This document shows positions 1 to 9,914 of a DNA stretch of 21,604 nucleotides, piece by piece. The notes below the pieces were generated by a model, which saw only the letters and a list, made by a program, of their open reading frames with translations, had not been told where the DNA came from and ran no database searches. Position numbers and translations under genes: made by a program. Within the stretch, counting starts at the first letter, position 1. Each line of letters opens with the position of its first letter. Source of the DNA: Octopus sinensis (taxonomy: Eukaryota); NCBI RefSeq assembly GCF_006345805.1, contig NW_021836952.1, positions 1-21,604 of the forward strand. Reading direction: 5' to 3'.

Positions 1-332
1 ACTTGTCTCAGTCATTGACTGTGGTCATGCTGAGCACCGTTTAAAGGGTTTCTAGTGGAAGAAATCGTTCCAGAACTTATTCTTTTGTAAGCCTGGTACT
101 TATTCTATCGGTCTCTTTTGCCGAACCGCTAAGTCATGGGCACTTAAAAACACCAACATCGGTGTCAAGTGATGGTGGGGGGGGACAAACACAGACACAA
201 AGACATACTCACAAAAATACAGACCACCACACACACACTCACACACACATATATATATATATATAATATATATTTTTTTTTTTTTTTTGCTAGCCTTGAA
301 TTTAGTAGAGGGGAAACTGAAAGAAACCGGTA

Positions 333-380
<48 letters not shown>

Positions 381-425
381 TACGGCTTCTTTTAGTTTCC
401 ACTCTACCAAATTCAAGGCTAGCAA
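1..425 (-). mobile_element. Family B tRNA-derived SINE, degenerate; 3' tail at the window start, head truncated
   Basis: 1-200 matches the other B copies (gtcatgctgagcaccg, tacttattctatcggtctcttttgccgaaccgctaag, acaccaacatcgg, gacaaacacagacac). An internal (CA)/(TA) tract follows, then the pre-microsatellite segment tacggcttcttttagtttccactctaccaaattc at 381-415. Confidence 0.8.
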
Positions 426-429
426 AAAA
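283..429. repeat. ~47-bp inverted repeat flanking a (TA)n tract
   Basis: Left arm ttttttgctagccttgaatttagtagaggggaaactgaaagaaaccg (283-329) is the reverse complement of 383-429 with a few mismatches. Confidence 0.9.
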
Positions 430-774
430 TTTTTAATCACTCAGAAAAAAGGAATTTACAGAGTTAAAAATTTAGATCTATAAGAAATGTTAATACTAAC
501 CCCAATAATTATTGGTGGCAGTATTAACTTTACTAATTATAATTAGTTAAGTTGAAGCAACATTCAAAAACTTTTTGACTATATCAGGCATTCAAATTGG
601 GGTCTTTCTAAGATCTGTCTTGAGGGTATAGTACTTTGGAAAGAGAGACTAAAGATATTTCAGCTCTTGAGGTAGAGATTAGGTGACAAAATGGTATCAA
701 AGTTTATCGGAAGGAACTCAATGCAATGACTTGGAACAGTGACGGTAGCAAATAACTAAATTGCCATTACGTAT

Positions 775-1020
775 TCTATGAGAAATAGCAGTTAAATTTT
801 AAAATCACTTTAAAAATGGGAAGGGCACAGTATATAATGCTATGGATACAAGATAACTGAATAAAAGATAGGGTAGACACGACCACGATAGACATTTTAG
901 TAAGAGATCTTCTAGATTAGGGCTGATACGAGACTAAACAATAACAGCGACTTATTCTATGGCGGACTAACAACGACAATAACAATATTAACATCATTAC
1001 CAACAACGATAACGGAGCAA
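775..1020 (+). mobile_element. Degenerate interspersed repeat ('family C') ending in an (AAC)-like tail
   Basis: agaaatagcagttaaatt...aaaaatgggaagggcacag resembles 17915-17970 and 18400-18480. It ends gggctgatacggagactaaacaataacagcg, followed by aac-rich sequence. Confidence 0.4.
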
Positions 1021-1203
1021 CAGTTTTATAAAAAGAACAGAACCAATGTTCAGTTTAGAGAATTGGGACGCTTTATTCGCGAAATATTCGCAATGCTTCC
1101 GGTTCAAGCGGGAGGAAATTAAATTTCCTACTTAGTGATTTTCTTGGCATTTTCTTATAAACTAACACTTTTAGTCACTCAGAAGATTTTAGTTAGCATT
1201 GTT

Positions 1204-1206
<3 letters not shown>

Positions 1207-1238
<32 letters not shown>

Positions 1239-1309
1239 CCTCTTTCTCTATCTATCTAGCTATCAATCTATCTTTCTATCTATCAGTTTGTGTCTGTGTG
1301 TTTCTCTGT

Positions 1310-1365
<56 letters not shown>

Positions 1366-1395
1366 ATATATATATATATATATAATATATATATT
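1207..1395. repeat. Compound microsatellite (CT)n/(CTAT)n/(TA)n
   Basis: Directly visible tandem repeats. Confidence 0.95.
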
Positions 1396-1434
1396 TAATA
1401 AATAAACATATACTATATATAAACATATATGTAC

Positions 1435-2084
1435 GTACCTACCTCTACATGTACACATATACACGCATATATGAGTACAGGACACCAAAAAGACGGTCGA
1501 ACACAATGAGAAACGAAAACTTAGACACAACCCAAGGAACTGGACTTTTTTTAAACAACGACCCGCGACGAGACTTCCGCTACTGTCTTTCTAGCCTAAC
1601 CCTCTCGAGGTGTGACGGCTATTCTTTTGCTCCGTTCGTCGTTCAAAAAAAAAAAATCCGCGTTCGTAATACTTTTTTTAGTTCGGGTGTAAACAGCCCT
1701 TCTTATCTTGTTTTTCCTTGTCCTGCCTTTACTGTTTATAATTTGTACTGTTGTTACTGTCCTGTTTTTGTTCCATGTTTTTACCCCCTCTGCGAAAAGA
1801 TCTCAAAATTTTAATTGATTTGCTTTCGCAGGAAGGAAAGTTTCTTGTCGAAGATACGCTTTCACCTTCGAAACGTAGAGTAGATGAAACCATAGCGACT
1901 GAAGAAGGCGTTTTTTCTTTGTGTTAATTGTCCTGTACTCTATTTTTTTGTTGTTTGAAAAATGTCCAGTTCCTTGGGTTTGTGTCTATGTTTTCCTTTC
2001 TCATTGTGTTCGACGTCTTTTTGGTGTCCTGTACTCATATATGCGTATTTATGTACATGTAGAGGTAGGTACATGTAGAGGTAG
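1435..2084. mobile_element. Non-autonomous element with ~125-bp inverted arms (MITE/foldback, or Penelope-like relic with inverted pseudo-LTR)
   Basis: 1435-1560 is the reverse complement of 1950-2072 (gagtacaggacaccaaaaagac(g)gtcgaacacaatgagaaa...cccaaggaactggac). The 16-mer gtacatgtagaggtag is tandemly duplicated at 2053-2084. No transposase ORF lies inside. Confidence 0.7.
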
Positions 2085-2263
2085 GGACTGAACTCATAAC
2101 CTTGTTGTTGGTCTCTATTTATCTTTTATCAATGCCTGTCTGTCTCTCTTTCCTCCATCCCTCTCTATCCGTTTATCTATTTTTGTCTACCAGTCATTCT
2201 ATTTATTCATCTTTCTATCTTTGCTTATCTGTCTATCTGTCTAACTATCTGCCTATCTGTCCG

Positions 2264-2328
<65 letters not shown>
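2264..2328. repeat. (TATC)n microsatellite
   Basis: Perfect tetranucleotide run within a degenerate TATC/TGTC block starting near 2110. Confidence 0.95.
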
Positions 2329-2629
2329 GTCAATGAATATGATGTTTAGATGGACAACTAAAAGATAAGCATAAAAGATAAAAGATAAATGATTCTATTT
2401 CCCCACCAAATCAATATTGTCCTCAAATGGTACGGTCCTACTTAATCTATATCTGGAAATAAAAGATTTGCTGATCGTTTTTAATCGGATGGAAGTCGGT
2501 GAAGGTTCAAAATCTGGGCTCGAGTAAAACAACATCAATGACAACAGAAAAAATAGCAATTACTACAAGAACGACTATGAAATTAACCACAGATGAAAGC
2601 GGGGACATTCTGTATCTATAAACACATAC

Positions 2630-3220
2630 GTGCGCTCACACACACACAGATACACACAAATACGCATGTGTGTGTGTGTGTGAGTGTATTTTTATTGTAT
2701 CTACGTATATATAAATATATAAAAGCACATGTATATATGTACACAAATATCACTATATATATGTCTCTCTATATATTATATTATATATATATATAAATAT
2801 ATATATATATTATATAGATATATATAGATATATGCCAACGTGTTAGGGATATATATTAGGTATACATTTATATATTATAAATTACATACGCTTGCAATAG
2901 ATATATATATGTAAAACATATATCTATATGTATGTATATGTATATATGTATATATATATATATATATATACACACAACATCTGTATATATATATATATCG
3001 TATATAATATATATATATATATATATGAGATAGAGAAGAGAGAGAGAGAGAGACACCTTTGTGTCCCTAAGTATGTCTAAAATTATATTGTTATAAAATT
3101 TATGATGTAAATACACATTGCCTCGTATAATTCAAAATGTAAAGCAGCAAACCTCATTTGAATAACTTTTCTTTTTTGTTCTTAACCATGCAATATTACC
3201 ATCAACCTAATAGTAAAGCA

Positions 3221-3271
<51 letters not shown>

Positions 3272-3290
3272 TGTGTGTGGTGCGTATACG
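2630..3290. repeat. Interrupted (CA)/(TG)/(TA)/(GA) simple-repeat region
   Basis: Directly visible. Confidence 0.9.
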
Positions 3291-3618
3291 AAACTAAAAA
3301 AAACAAAATGTTCCTGTAACAATTGAAGGATTAATTGAGAACAATTGAGAACCAGGCATCGAAGCTTAAAAGAAGCACCTCAGGGTTTACACGGAGCCTA
3401 TATTATACGCAAAAATCTTCAGTTCAATACTTATTGAAATTGCACAGTTCGTAGCAGTACACATACTACATAAGTCACACAACAAATACTCTACATACAC
3501 CAGTGGACAACAATGCGCTTCTTGCACCACAGACCGACGGTTCACGCGTATAACAAAACACAATAGGGAACATAATATAAAATTTAATTATTACATATAT
3601 AACACATAGATGTGTGTG

Positions 3619-3660
<42 letters not shown>

Positions 3661-3674
3661 TTTGTGTGTGTGTA

Positions 3675-3980
3675 GGTATATTAGCCTAGTGGTTAGAGCA
3701 ACCTTCTGAGTGAATTTGGTCGACGGAAACTGTAAGAAGCCCGTCGTTTCTATCTATCTATCTATCTACCGATCGATCGGTCTATCTTTATATTATGTTT
3801 ATGTGGGTGTATCTTTGTGTTTGTTGCCCACCACCACTTTATAATAAGTGTTCGTTTGTTTATGTCCCTGTAAAAAGAGACAAGTAGAACATAATGGGGT
3901 CGATTTGTTCGACTAAACATTTAAAGGCGGTGCCCCGGCATGGACTCAGTGTAAGGACTGAAACTAGTAAAGGATACAAA
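3675..3980 (+). mobile_element. Family B SINE with internal deletions
   Basis: A-box-like tagcctagtggttagag is joined directly to gagtgaatttggtcgacggaaactgtaagaagcccgtcg. The (CTAT) tract, body and 3' end ggcggtgccccggcatgg...gactgaaactagtaaagga follow. Confidence 0.85.
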
Positions 3981-4189
3981 ACAAATGCCAAAATACCCTG
4001 CAGACAATTAGCAACATAGAAGTAATGTAAAAATTCATACTTTCTGTGGGGCCCGGGACGAAATCACCCACAGTCCATTACTGGTCCAAGGAACCCCGTG
4101 GTTGCGGACGCCTGCGCTCTCCACAGTCGTTATTCATTTCAGAAACAAAACTCACACAAGATATGTTCTGCGCTTCATCATCTAATTAA

Positions 4190-4372
4190 GAAACCTAAAC
4201 CTCGCAACACTTGTTCTTGTTTTTTCAAATGCCATCCTATGATGTTCCTGGACACTTCGTCAGTGAAATTTTTGGGGATCGTGAAGTATTTTCTATTTAT
4301 CATCTCCTATGGAAACCTAACCCTCGCAACCCTTCCTCTGGTTTTTCCTAGTCATCCTATGATGCGCCTGGA
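4190..4372 (+). repeat. Two imperfect ~62-bp direct repeats (4190-4252, 4312-4372)
   Basis: gaaacctaa(a/c)cctcgcaac...ttttt...catcctatgatg..cctgga occurs twice, about 121 bp apart. Confidence 0.75.
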
Positions 4373-4416
4373 ACCAGGTGGTTCGTTAGCAAGCTAGTTA
4401 CCACACAGCCACTCCT
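4367..4416 (-). mobile_element. Family B SINE 5' head fragment
   Basis: cctggaaccaggtggttcgttagcaagctagttaccacacagccactcct matches the head at 7965-8017. Confidence 0.65.
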
Positions 4417-4520
4417 ACACCTATATGGACGGGAAAATGAATAAAGAAAGAACGAAACGAAAAAGAAAGAAAAAATTAAAATATAAAGTATAGAACCACA
4501 TGAAGAACAAATACTTTTGT

Positions 4521-5006
4521 CCTTTATCTTTTAGCTGTTTCATTCATTGGCCAACAGCCATGCTGGTACATCACCTTGAAGGGGCTTTAGTCAAGCAAAT
4601 CGACCCTTGTGCTTATTTTAAGAGTCTCTCTTTTTGCCAAACCGCCAAGTTATAGTTACGTAAACAAACCAACACCGGTTATCTGATGATGTGGCAGGAG
4701 ACAAACATAGTTACAAAGACGCAAAAACAGATAAGACACATATATGCGTATATATACATGCGTACGTACTTACGTACGTATGTATGTTTGTATGTATGTC
4801 TGTACGTATGTATGTCTGTATGTATGCGTGTTTGTAGTTATGCCTATACGAATGACTTCCGCACAGCAGTTTCCCCTTTACCAATGTCACCCAATAACGG
4901 ATTGGCTGGCCCGGTGCTATTGTAGAAGATACGTACCCGAGTTGTCGCGTAATGGAACTGAATCTGAAACCAAAGTGGTTGCAGAGCGAACTTTTTAAAT
5001 ACACAG
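4521..5006 (-). mobile_element. Family B SINE, near full length, old
   Basis: Tail (cttttagctgtttcattcattgg...ccatgctgg), body, internal (TATG) tract at 4741-4835, and head ...ggcccggtgctattgtagaagatacg...ggaactgaatctgaaacc...tacacag. Confidence 0.8.
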
Positions 5007-5010
5007 GAAT

Positions 5011-5214
5011 GTCGACGGAAACTGTAAGAAGCCCGTCGTTTCTATCTATCTATCTACCGATCGATCGGTCTATTATTATGTTTATGTGTGTGTATCTTTG
5101 TGTTTGTTCCCCACCACCACTTTATAACCAGTGTTCGTTTGTTTATGTCCCTGTAAAAAGAGACAAGTGGAACATAATAGGGTCGAACATAATGGGAACA
5201 TAATGGAACATAAT
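5011..5214 (+). mobile_element. Family B SINE internal fragment ending in four GAACATAAT copies
   Basis: 5011-5185 is nearly identical to 3719-3903. gaacataat recurs at about 5170, 5185, 5196 and 5206. Confidence 0.85.
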
Positions 5215-5261
5215 ACGTCTTACGTATCTTTTGATATACAAGAATTATATGATAAAATCTA

Positions 5262-5762
5262 TGTGGTAGGCCGTAACTGGAAGCTTGATACCCAACCACA
5301 TGCTTCCGGGTTCAGTCCCGCTGCGTGATACTTTGGGAAAGTGTCTCCTGTCTTGTGAGTGGATTTGGTAGACGGAAACTGAAAGAAGCCCTTCGTATAT
5401 ATATATATATATAATTAGGGTTCAGCAAAAAAATAATGTTTAAATTTACCGTAAATGGTCCTTTTACATACTGAACACTATTTGGTAAAATTATTAATTA
5501 CTAGTTAACTAATTAATTAATTTTACCCTTATAATTATTGACAATATATATATATGTATATGTTTGTGTGTCTGTGTTTGTCACCCCACTATCGCTTGAC
5601 AACCGATGTTAGTGTGCTTACGCCTCCGTAACCTAGCAGTTCAGCAAAAGAGACCGATAAAATAAGTACTAGGTTTGCAAAGAATAAGTCTTAGGGTTGA
5701 TTCGTTCGACTAAATGTGGTGCTCCAGCATGGCTGCAGTCAAATGATGAAACAATAACGAAT
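5262..5762 (+). mobile_element. Family B SINE interrupted by a ~130-bp AT-rich insert in its (TA)n tract
   Basis: Head tgtggtag...ccgggttcagtcccgctgcgtgatactttgggaaagtgtc (B box plus CORE-like motif) and gacggaaactgaaagaagcc. The body resumes near 5545 and ends ggtgctccagcatggctgcagtcaaatgatgaaac. Confidence 0.85.
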
Positions 5763-5767
5763 ATATA

Positions 5768-5837
<70 letters not shown>

Positions 5838-6097
5838 GTGTGGGTATGTGAGTATATGTATATATGTATATATATATTATATATTAATATGTATATACTT
5901 ACATATATGTATATATATATTTATACATACACACATATACATATATATGTATATATATGTATATATTCAAACATATACACACACAGATATATAAATTAGT
6001 TATGAGGATACCTTATAGATAAAACAAAGAGCTCGAGTGATATAAAAGAACATTGTATACTCCTGGTCAAATGTTGGGCATATCCAGGTGGACTGCT

Positions 6098-6191
6098 AAA
6101 ACTTTACCTGTTGACGGTACATGGTATATTATGATATACACCTTTACAATATAATTAAATAAAATCTACCGAAACAGCTGTCGTGGATTTT
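6098..6191 (+). ncRNA. Type I hammerhead ribozyme-like motif with one core substitution (probably decayed)
   Basis: Stem I aaaactttac/gtggatttt; core CTGTTGA at 6108-6114 (consensus CTGANGA); stem II ggta/tacc; GAAA at 6171-6174; stem III AC-[AGCT]-GT with a palindromic tetraloop; GTC cleavage triplet at 6180-6182. Confidence 0.6.
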
Positions 6192-6503
6192 ATATACATT
6201 CAAATATATATATATATATATATAATCAAAATAAGCAACAAGGATATCCAAAGGTAGAGCAGTACAATCGTTTCATGCGACTTCATTTAATTAAACAATG
6301 CAAGTATTACATATACATACATACATGCAATCTTGAGTTGCATATGGAATTCTTGAGTTAAATTGACAAGATTCAATTTTTATACTTATTCCATTTGTCA
6401 ACATTATATAGACAGAGAGGCATGTCCCATCAATAGAAACATGCTAGTAAATGATATTTAATCATGGATACATATATATACATATATATACATGGATATA
6501 TAT

Positions 6504-6587
<84 letters not shown>

Positions 6588-7022
6588 TGTGTGTGTGTCA
6601 TTAGGTTTTGTATCTTATTTATAGTGTCGTATTTGTGTCCATAAAGTGATCAATTAGATAAATATAATACCAGACATCTACTGAAGTCGAGTTGAACCGT
6701 AATACCCTTTTAATTAAGGATTTTCACTCATATATTTCCCATCTGAGATTACATTCTCTGCCTCTACATAAATAAATATAAATATGTTCACGTGTGTCTT
6801 TAATGGAAACAGAAGTGACGAACCTGTTGCTTATTATCTTAGGATATATATGTAAAATATGGAGCTATTATATTGCAGGAAGATTGTGTTCGTACAAGTT
6901 CTGGAGTTAAGTGTTTAGTACGGGGTTGTTTTAAGTTCTTCCTTTCAACTTTGCTATGTCTACTATGAAGTTGTATGCACATTACAAAGAGCCGAGGAGC
7001 ATATCAACCACATGATGGATAT

Positions 7023-7055
<33 letters not shown>

Positions 7056-7072
7056 TTGTGTGTGAGTCTGTT

Positions 7073-7104
<32 letters not shown>

Positions 7105-7217
7105 CACACACAAATATATATGTATGTATGTATGTTATGTATATATGTATGTACATATATATATATATTTATATATACATACATACATACATACTTATAT
7201 ATATATATGCGTGGGTG

Positions 7218-7251
<34 letters not shown>

Positions 7252-7328
7252 TGTGTGTATGTCTAGACGTTTATATATATATATATATACACACATACAT
7301 ACATACTTATATTACAGAGGAGGAGTTG

Positions 7329-7561
7329 TTTTACTTGTTTCAGTCATTAGACTGCGGACATGCAGGAGCACTGCTTTAAACGGTTTTAGTTAAAGAAATC
7401 AACCCCAAGAATTACTCTCTTTAAAGCCTAGTACTTATTTTATCGGTGTCTTTTGCCGAACCACAATGCTACAGGGACAAACACACTGACATCGGTTGTC
7501 AATCGATAGTGGGTGAGACAAACACAGATACACACATAATTACATACATATTTGTGTTGTG

Positions 7562-7594
<33 letters not shown>

Positions 7595-7811
7595 TGTGTG
7601 TGTGTGTGTTGTGTGGTGTGTGTTTGTGTGTTTTTTGTGCGTTTGTTGTGTGTGTGTGTGTGTGTTTGTGTGTGTGTTTGTGTGTGTGTGTGGTTGTGTG
7701 TTTTGTGTTTGTGTGTTTGTGTGTGTGTTTGTTTTTGTGTGTGGTGTGTGTGTGTTTGTGTGTGGTGGTGGTTTGTGTGTTTGTGTTTGTGTGTTTGTGT
7801 GTTTGTGTGTT

Positions 7812-7853
<42 letters not shown>

Positions 7854-8017
7854 CGACGGGTTTCTTTCAGTTTCTGTCTACCAAATCTTCTCAAAAGACT
7901 TTGGCTGGCCCGACGTTATATTTGAAGACATTTGCCCAAGTTGCTACACAAGTGAGACTGAACCCGGAACCATGTGATTGGGAAGCAAGCTACTTACCAC
8001 ACACCCATGCCTGCGCC
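7329..8017 (-). mobile_element. Full-length family B SINE with an expanded internal (TA)/(TG) tract
   Basis: The minus strand starts GGCGCAGGCATGGGTGTGTGGTAAG (A box), then GGTTCAGTCTC (B box) and AACTTGGGCAAATGTC (CORE-like). The microsatellite spans about 7535-7850. The tail is CAGTCTAATGACTGAAACAAGTAAAA. Confidence 0.9.
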
Positions 8018-8018
8018 T

Positions 8019-8049
<31 letters not shown>

Positions 8050-8697
8050 AAAATACGTATGCATGTTTATTTTTCATTGCAGCCGCATAGATCAACGTAA
8101 GCCTGAACGCTGACAGAAACACATTGGAATTCTGTTGTTTTGTTTTTATAATTTGCATTACGGGTAGCAACTGGTTATTTCTCATGTAAAAAATGCTAAA
8201 ACCTTTATCAGTATGTTAGCTGGCACTTCTGGTGGTTTTATTCTCGGATAATATTCGAGCATTTGTAACCAAAGATTTATGCGAAAACGTTATCTATTTC
8301 GTTTGTTCTAAGATCATTATGAAATCTTCAGATGTCCATAAAAAATCTGTCTTTTTGGTGTGTATTTCTTGATGAAGTTATCATAATGTATAACGATCTT
8401 GTGTGATGATGTGTTTTCTCGAAATAGTATGGAGATGGAGAGCCGAGTTTAATTCTATATTTTAATTACCATTCCGTATAAATGAACAAAGTGATATACG
8501 AATTCGAAGGCAAACGTGAAAGTTGCAAATTTCTCGAATCTGTTGTATCGGCCATACAAAAACAACATGCTTGCGTCGGCTCCCTATGCACTTACGACAA
8601 GGTGTATAGTATTACATAACAGATCAACACATTAGATAGGAAAATAATTAGTCAAAATAACATCGATACTCTAATGAATTCCGCACAAAAATAAAAG

Positions 8698-8870
8698 GTG
8701 ATATATAAAGGAAGCAGTAACCATAGTAAGTGAAAATACACATCTCGCTGATAACATAAATATAACTGTCAGAACTACTGTAGGTATATTGGCTCTGCCT
8801 ACAAACAACATGCACCAACAACACTTCATGCTGAAGATGAGACCATGAAGGTTTAGAAATGTCGATTATT
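8698..8870 (+). mobile_element. Possible Penelope-like element 3' relic (GIY-YIG-like motifs plus decayed minimal hammerhead)
   Basis: VIYK (8698-8709) and YIGS (8785-8796) are in frame but separated by three stops. CTGAAGA-T-GAGACC-atgaa-GGTTTA-GAAA-TG-TC lies at 8831-8863. Confidence 0.3.
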
Positions 8871-9019
8871 GATTTTGGAAATATATTATTAAAGCAAACT
8901 ACATGGAAATCATATAAAAATATGAAGAAAAAATTGATAAACAAGATAAACAAAAGCAAAATGAAAATTTCAATACTTATTTAAAATAAACAACAACGGA
9001 AAAGTATTCCACCACATTT

Positions 9020-9038
9020 ATATATATTGTGTGCATGC

Positions 9039-9071
<33 letters not shown>

Positions 9072-9240
9072 TGTATGTATGTATGTATGTATGCATGCAT
9101 GCATATATGTATGTATGTATGGATGGATGGATGAATGGATGGATGTGTGTATGTGTGTAAGTATGTATGTATGTATGTGCGTATGTGTGTAAGTATGTAT
9201 GTATATATGTATTTATGTATGTATGTACGTGCTTGTATAT
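9020..9240. repeat. (TATG)n/(GGAT)n compound microsatellite
   Basis: Directly visible. Confidence 0.95.
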
Positions 9241-9331
9241 GCATATAATCTCAATATATATTTATATATAAAAGTTTATATTATACGAGTTACATATATA
9301 TATATATTGAAAATTATTTAATGTATTTGCA

Positions 9332-9367
<36 letters not shown>

Positions 9368-9716
9368 CATACATACACGCACGCACACGCATACAATATA
9401 TAATACTTCTCAAATTTACATTAAAACTAATTAAAATACGGAAAATAGATATCGTATACAAAATGATATATAATATATATAACGTATATAATGCATACAA
9501 AATATACGTATATACAATATATGTGTATTCGTAAACGTATAAGTTAGTATACGTGTATAATACATGAATATAACATCATATAATGGATAGTACGCTGCAT
9601 ATGTATGTATGTATGTATGAATGTATGCATGTATGTACGTATGTATAGATGGATGTGTGTATATGTATGTATATACGTATATTTACATGTATATAAGCAT
9701 GTATAGATTTACATAT

Positions 9717-9914
9717 AAATCCTTAAAATCCTTTAAAATGTTTTAGCCCGAAGGCCGCCGTCATGCTGGGGCACCACCGCTGTAGTAAATGGAATGCTTA
9801 CAGCACCTAGGTTCTCCCAAGCGGTCACCCATCTAAGTACTGACTAGGCTCGATGTTGCTTAACTCCGGTGACCGGACGAGAACCGGTGCTTTCAACGTG
9901 ATATGGCCGTAAGA
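9717..9914 (-). mobile_element. Candidate 5S-headed SINE (SINE3-like) or 5S/LINE-tail chimeric retrocopy
   Basis: 5S is followed by a short linker, then GGTGCCCCAGCATG (also at the family B 3' end), a GGCC-TTCG-GGCT hairpin, AAAAC, and a TTTTAAAGGA/TTTTAAGGA repeat tail. Confidence 0.6.
9796..9914 (-). pseudogene. 5S rRNA-derived sequence, near full length, solitary
   Basis: The minus strand reads TCTTACGGCCATATCACGTTGAAAGCACCGGTTCTCGTCCGGTCACCGGAGTTAAGCAACATCGAGCCTAGTCAGTACTTAGATGGGTGACCGCTTGGGAGAACCTAGGTGCTGTAAGC. Helix pairings and boxes A/IE/C are recognisable. The first base is T rather than G, and no T4 terminator follows. Confidence 0.93.

Noticed and set aside
1449-1814. 121-aa ORF as a transposase of the inverted-repeat element
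   Set aside because: It starts within the inverted arm, is short, and has no DDE or RT motifs.
7560-7850. Irregular GT/GTT pattern as meaningful structure
   Set aside because: It is consistent with a decayed (TG)n tract or noisy long-read consensus; there is no stable period.
8290-8335. Minus-strand CTGAAGA...GAAA as a hammerhead
   Set aside because: No stem I, II or III pairing and no NUH triplet in register.
9796-9914. Functional 5S rRNA gene
   Set aside because: It is a solitary copy with 5' T, a few substitutions in conserved positions, no adjacent oligo-T terminator and a SINE-like tail.
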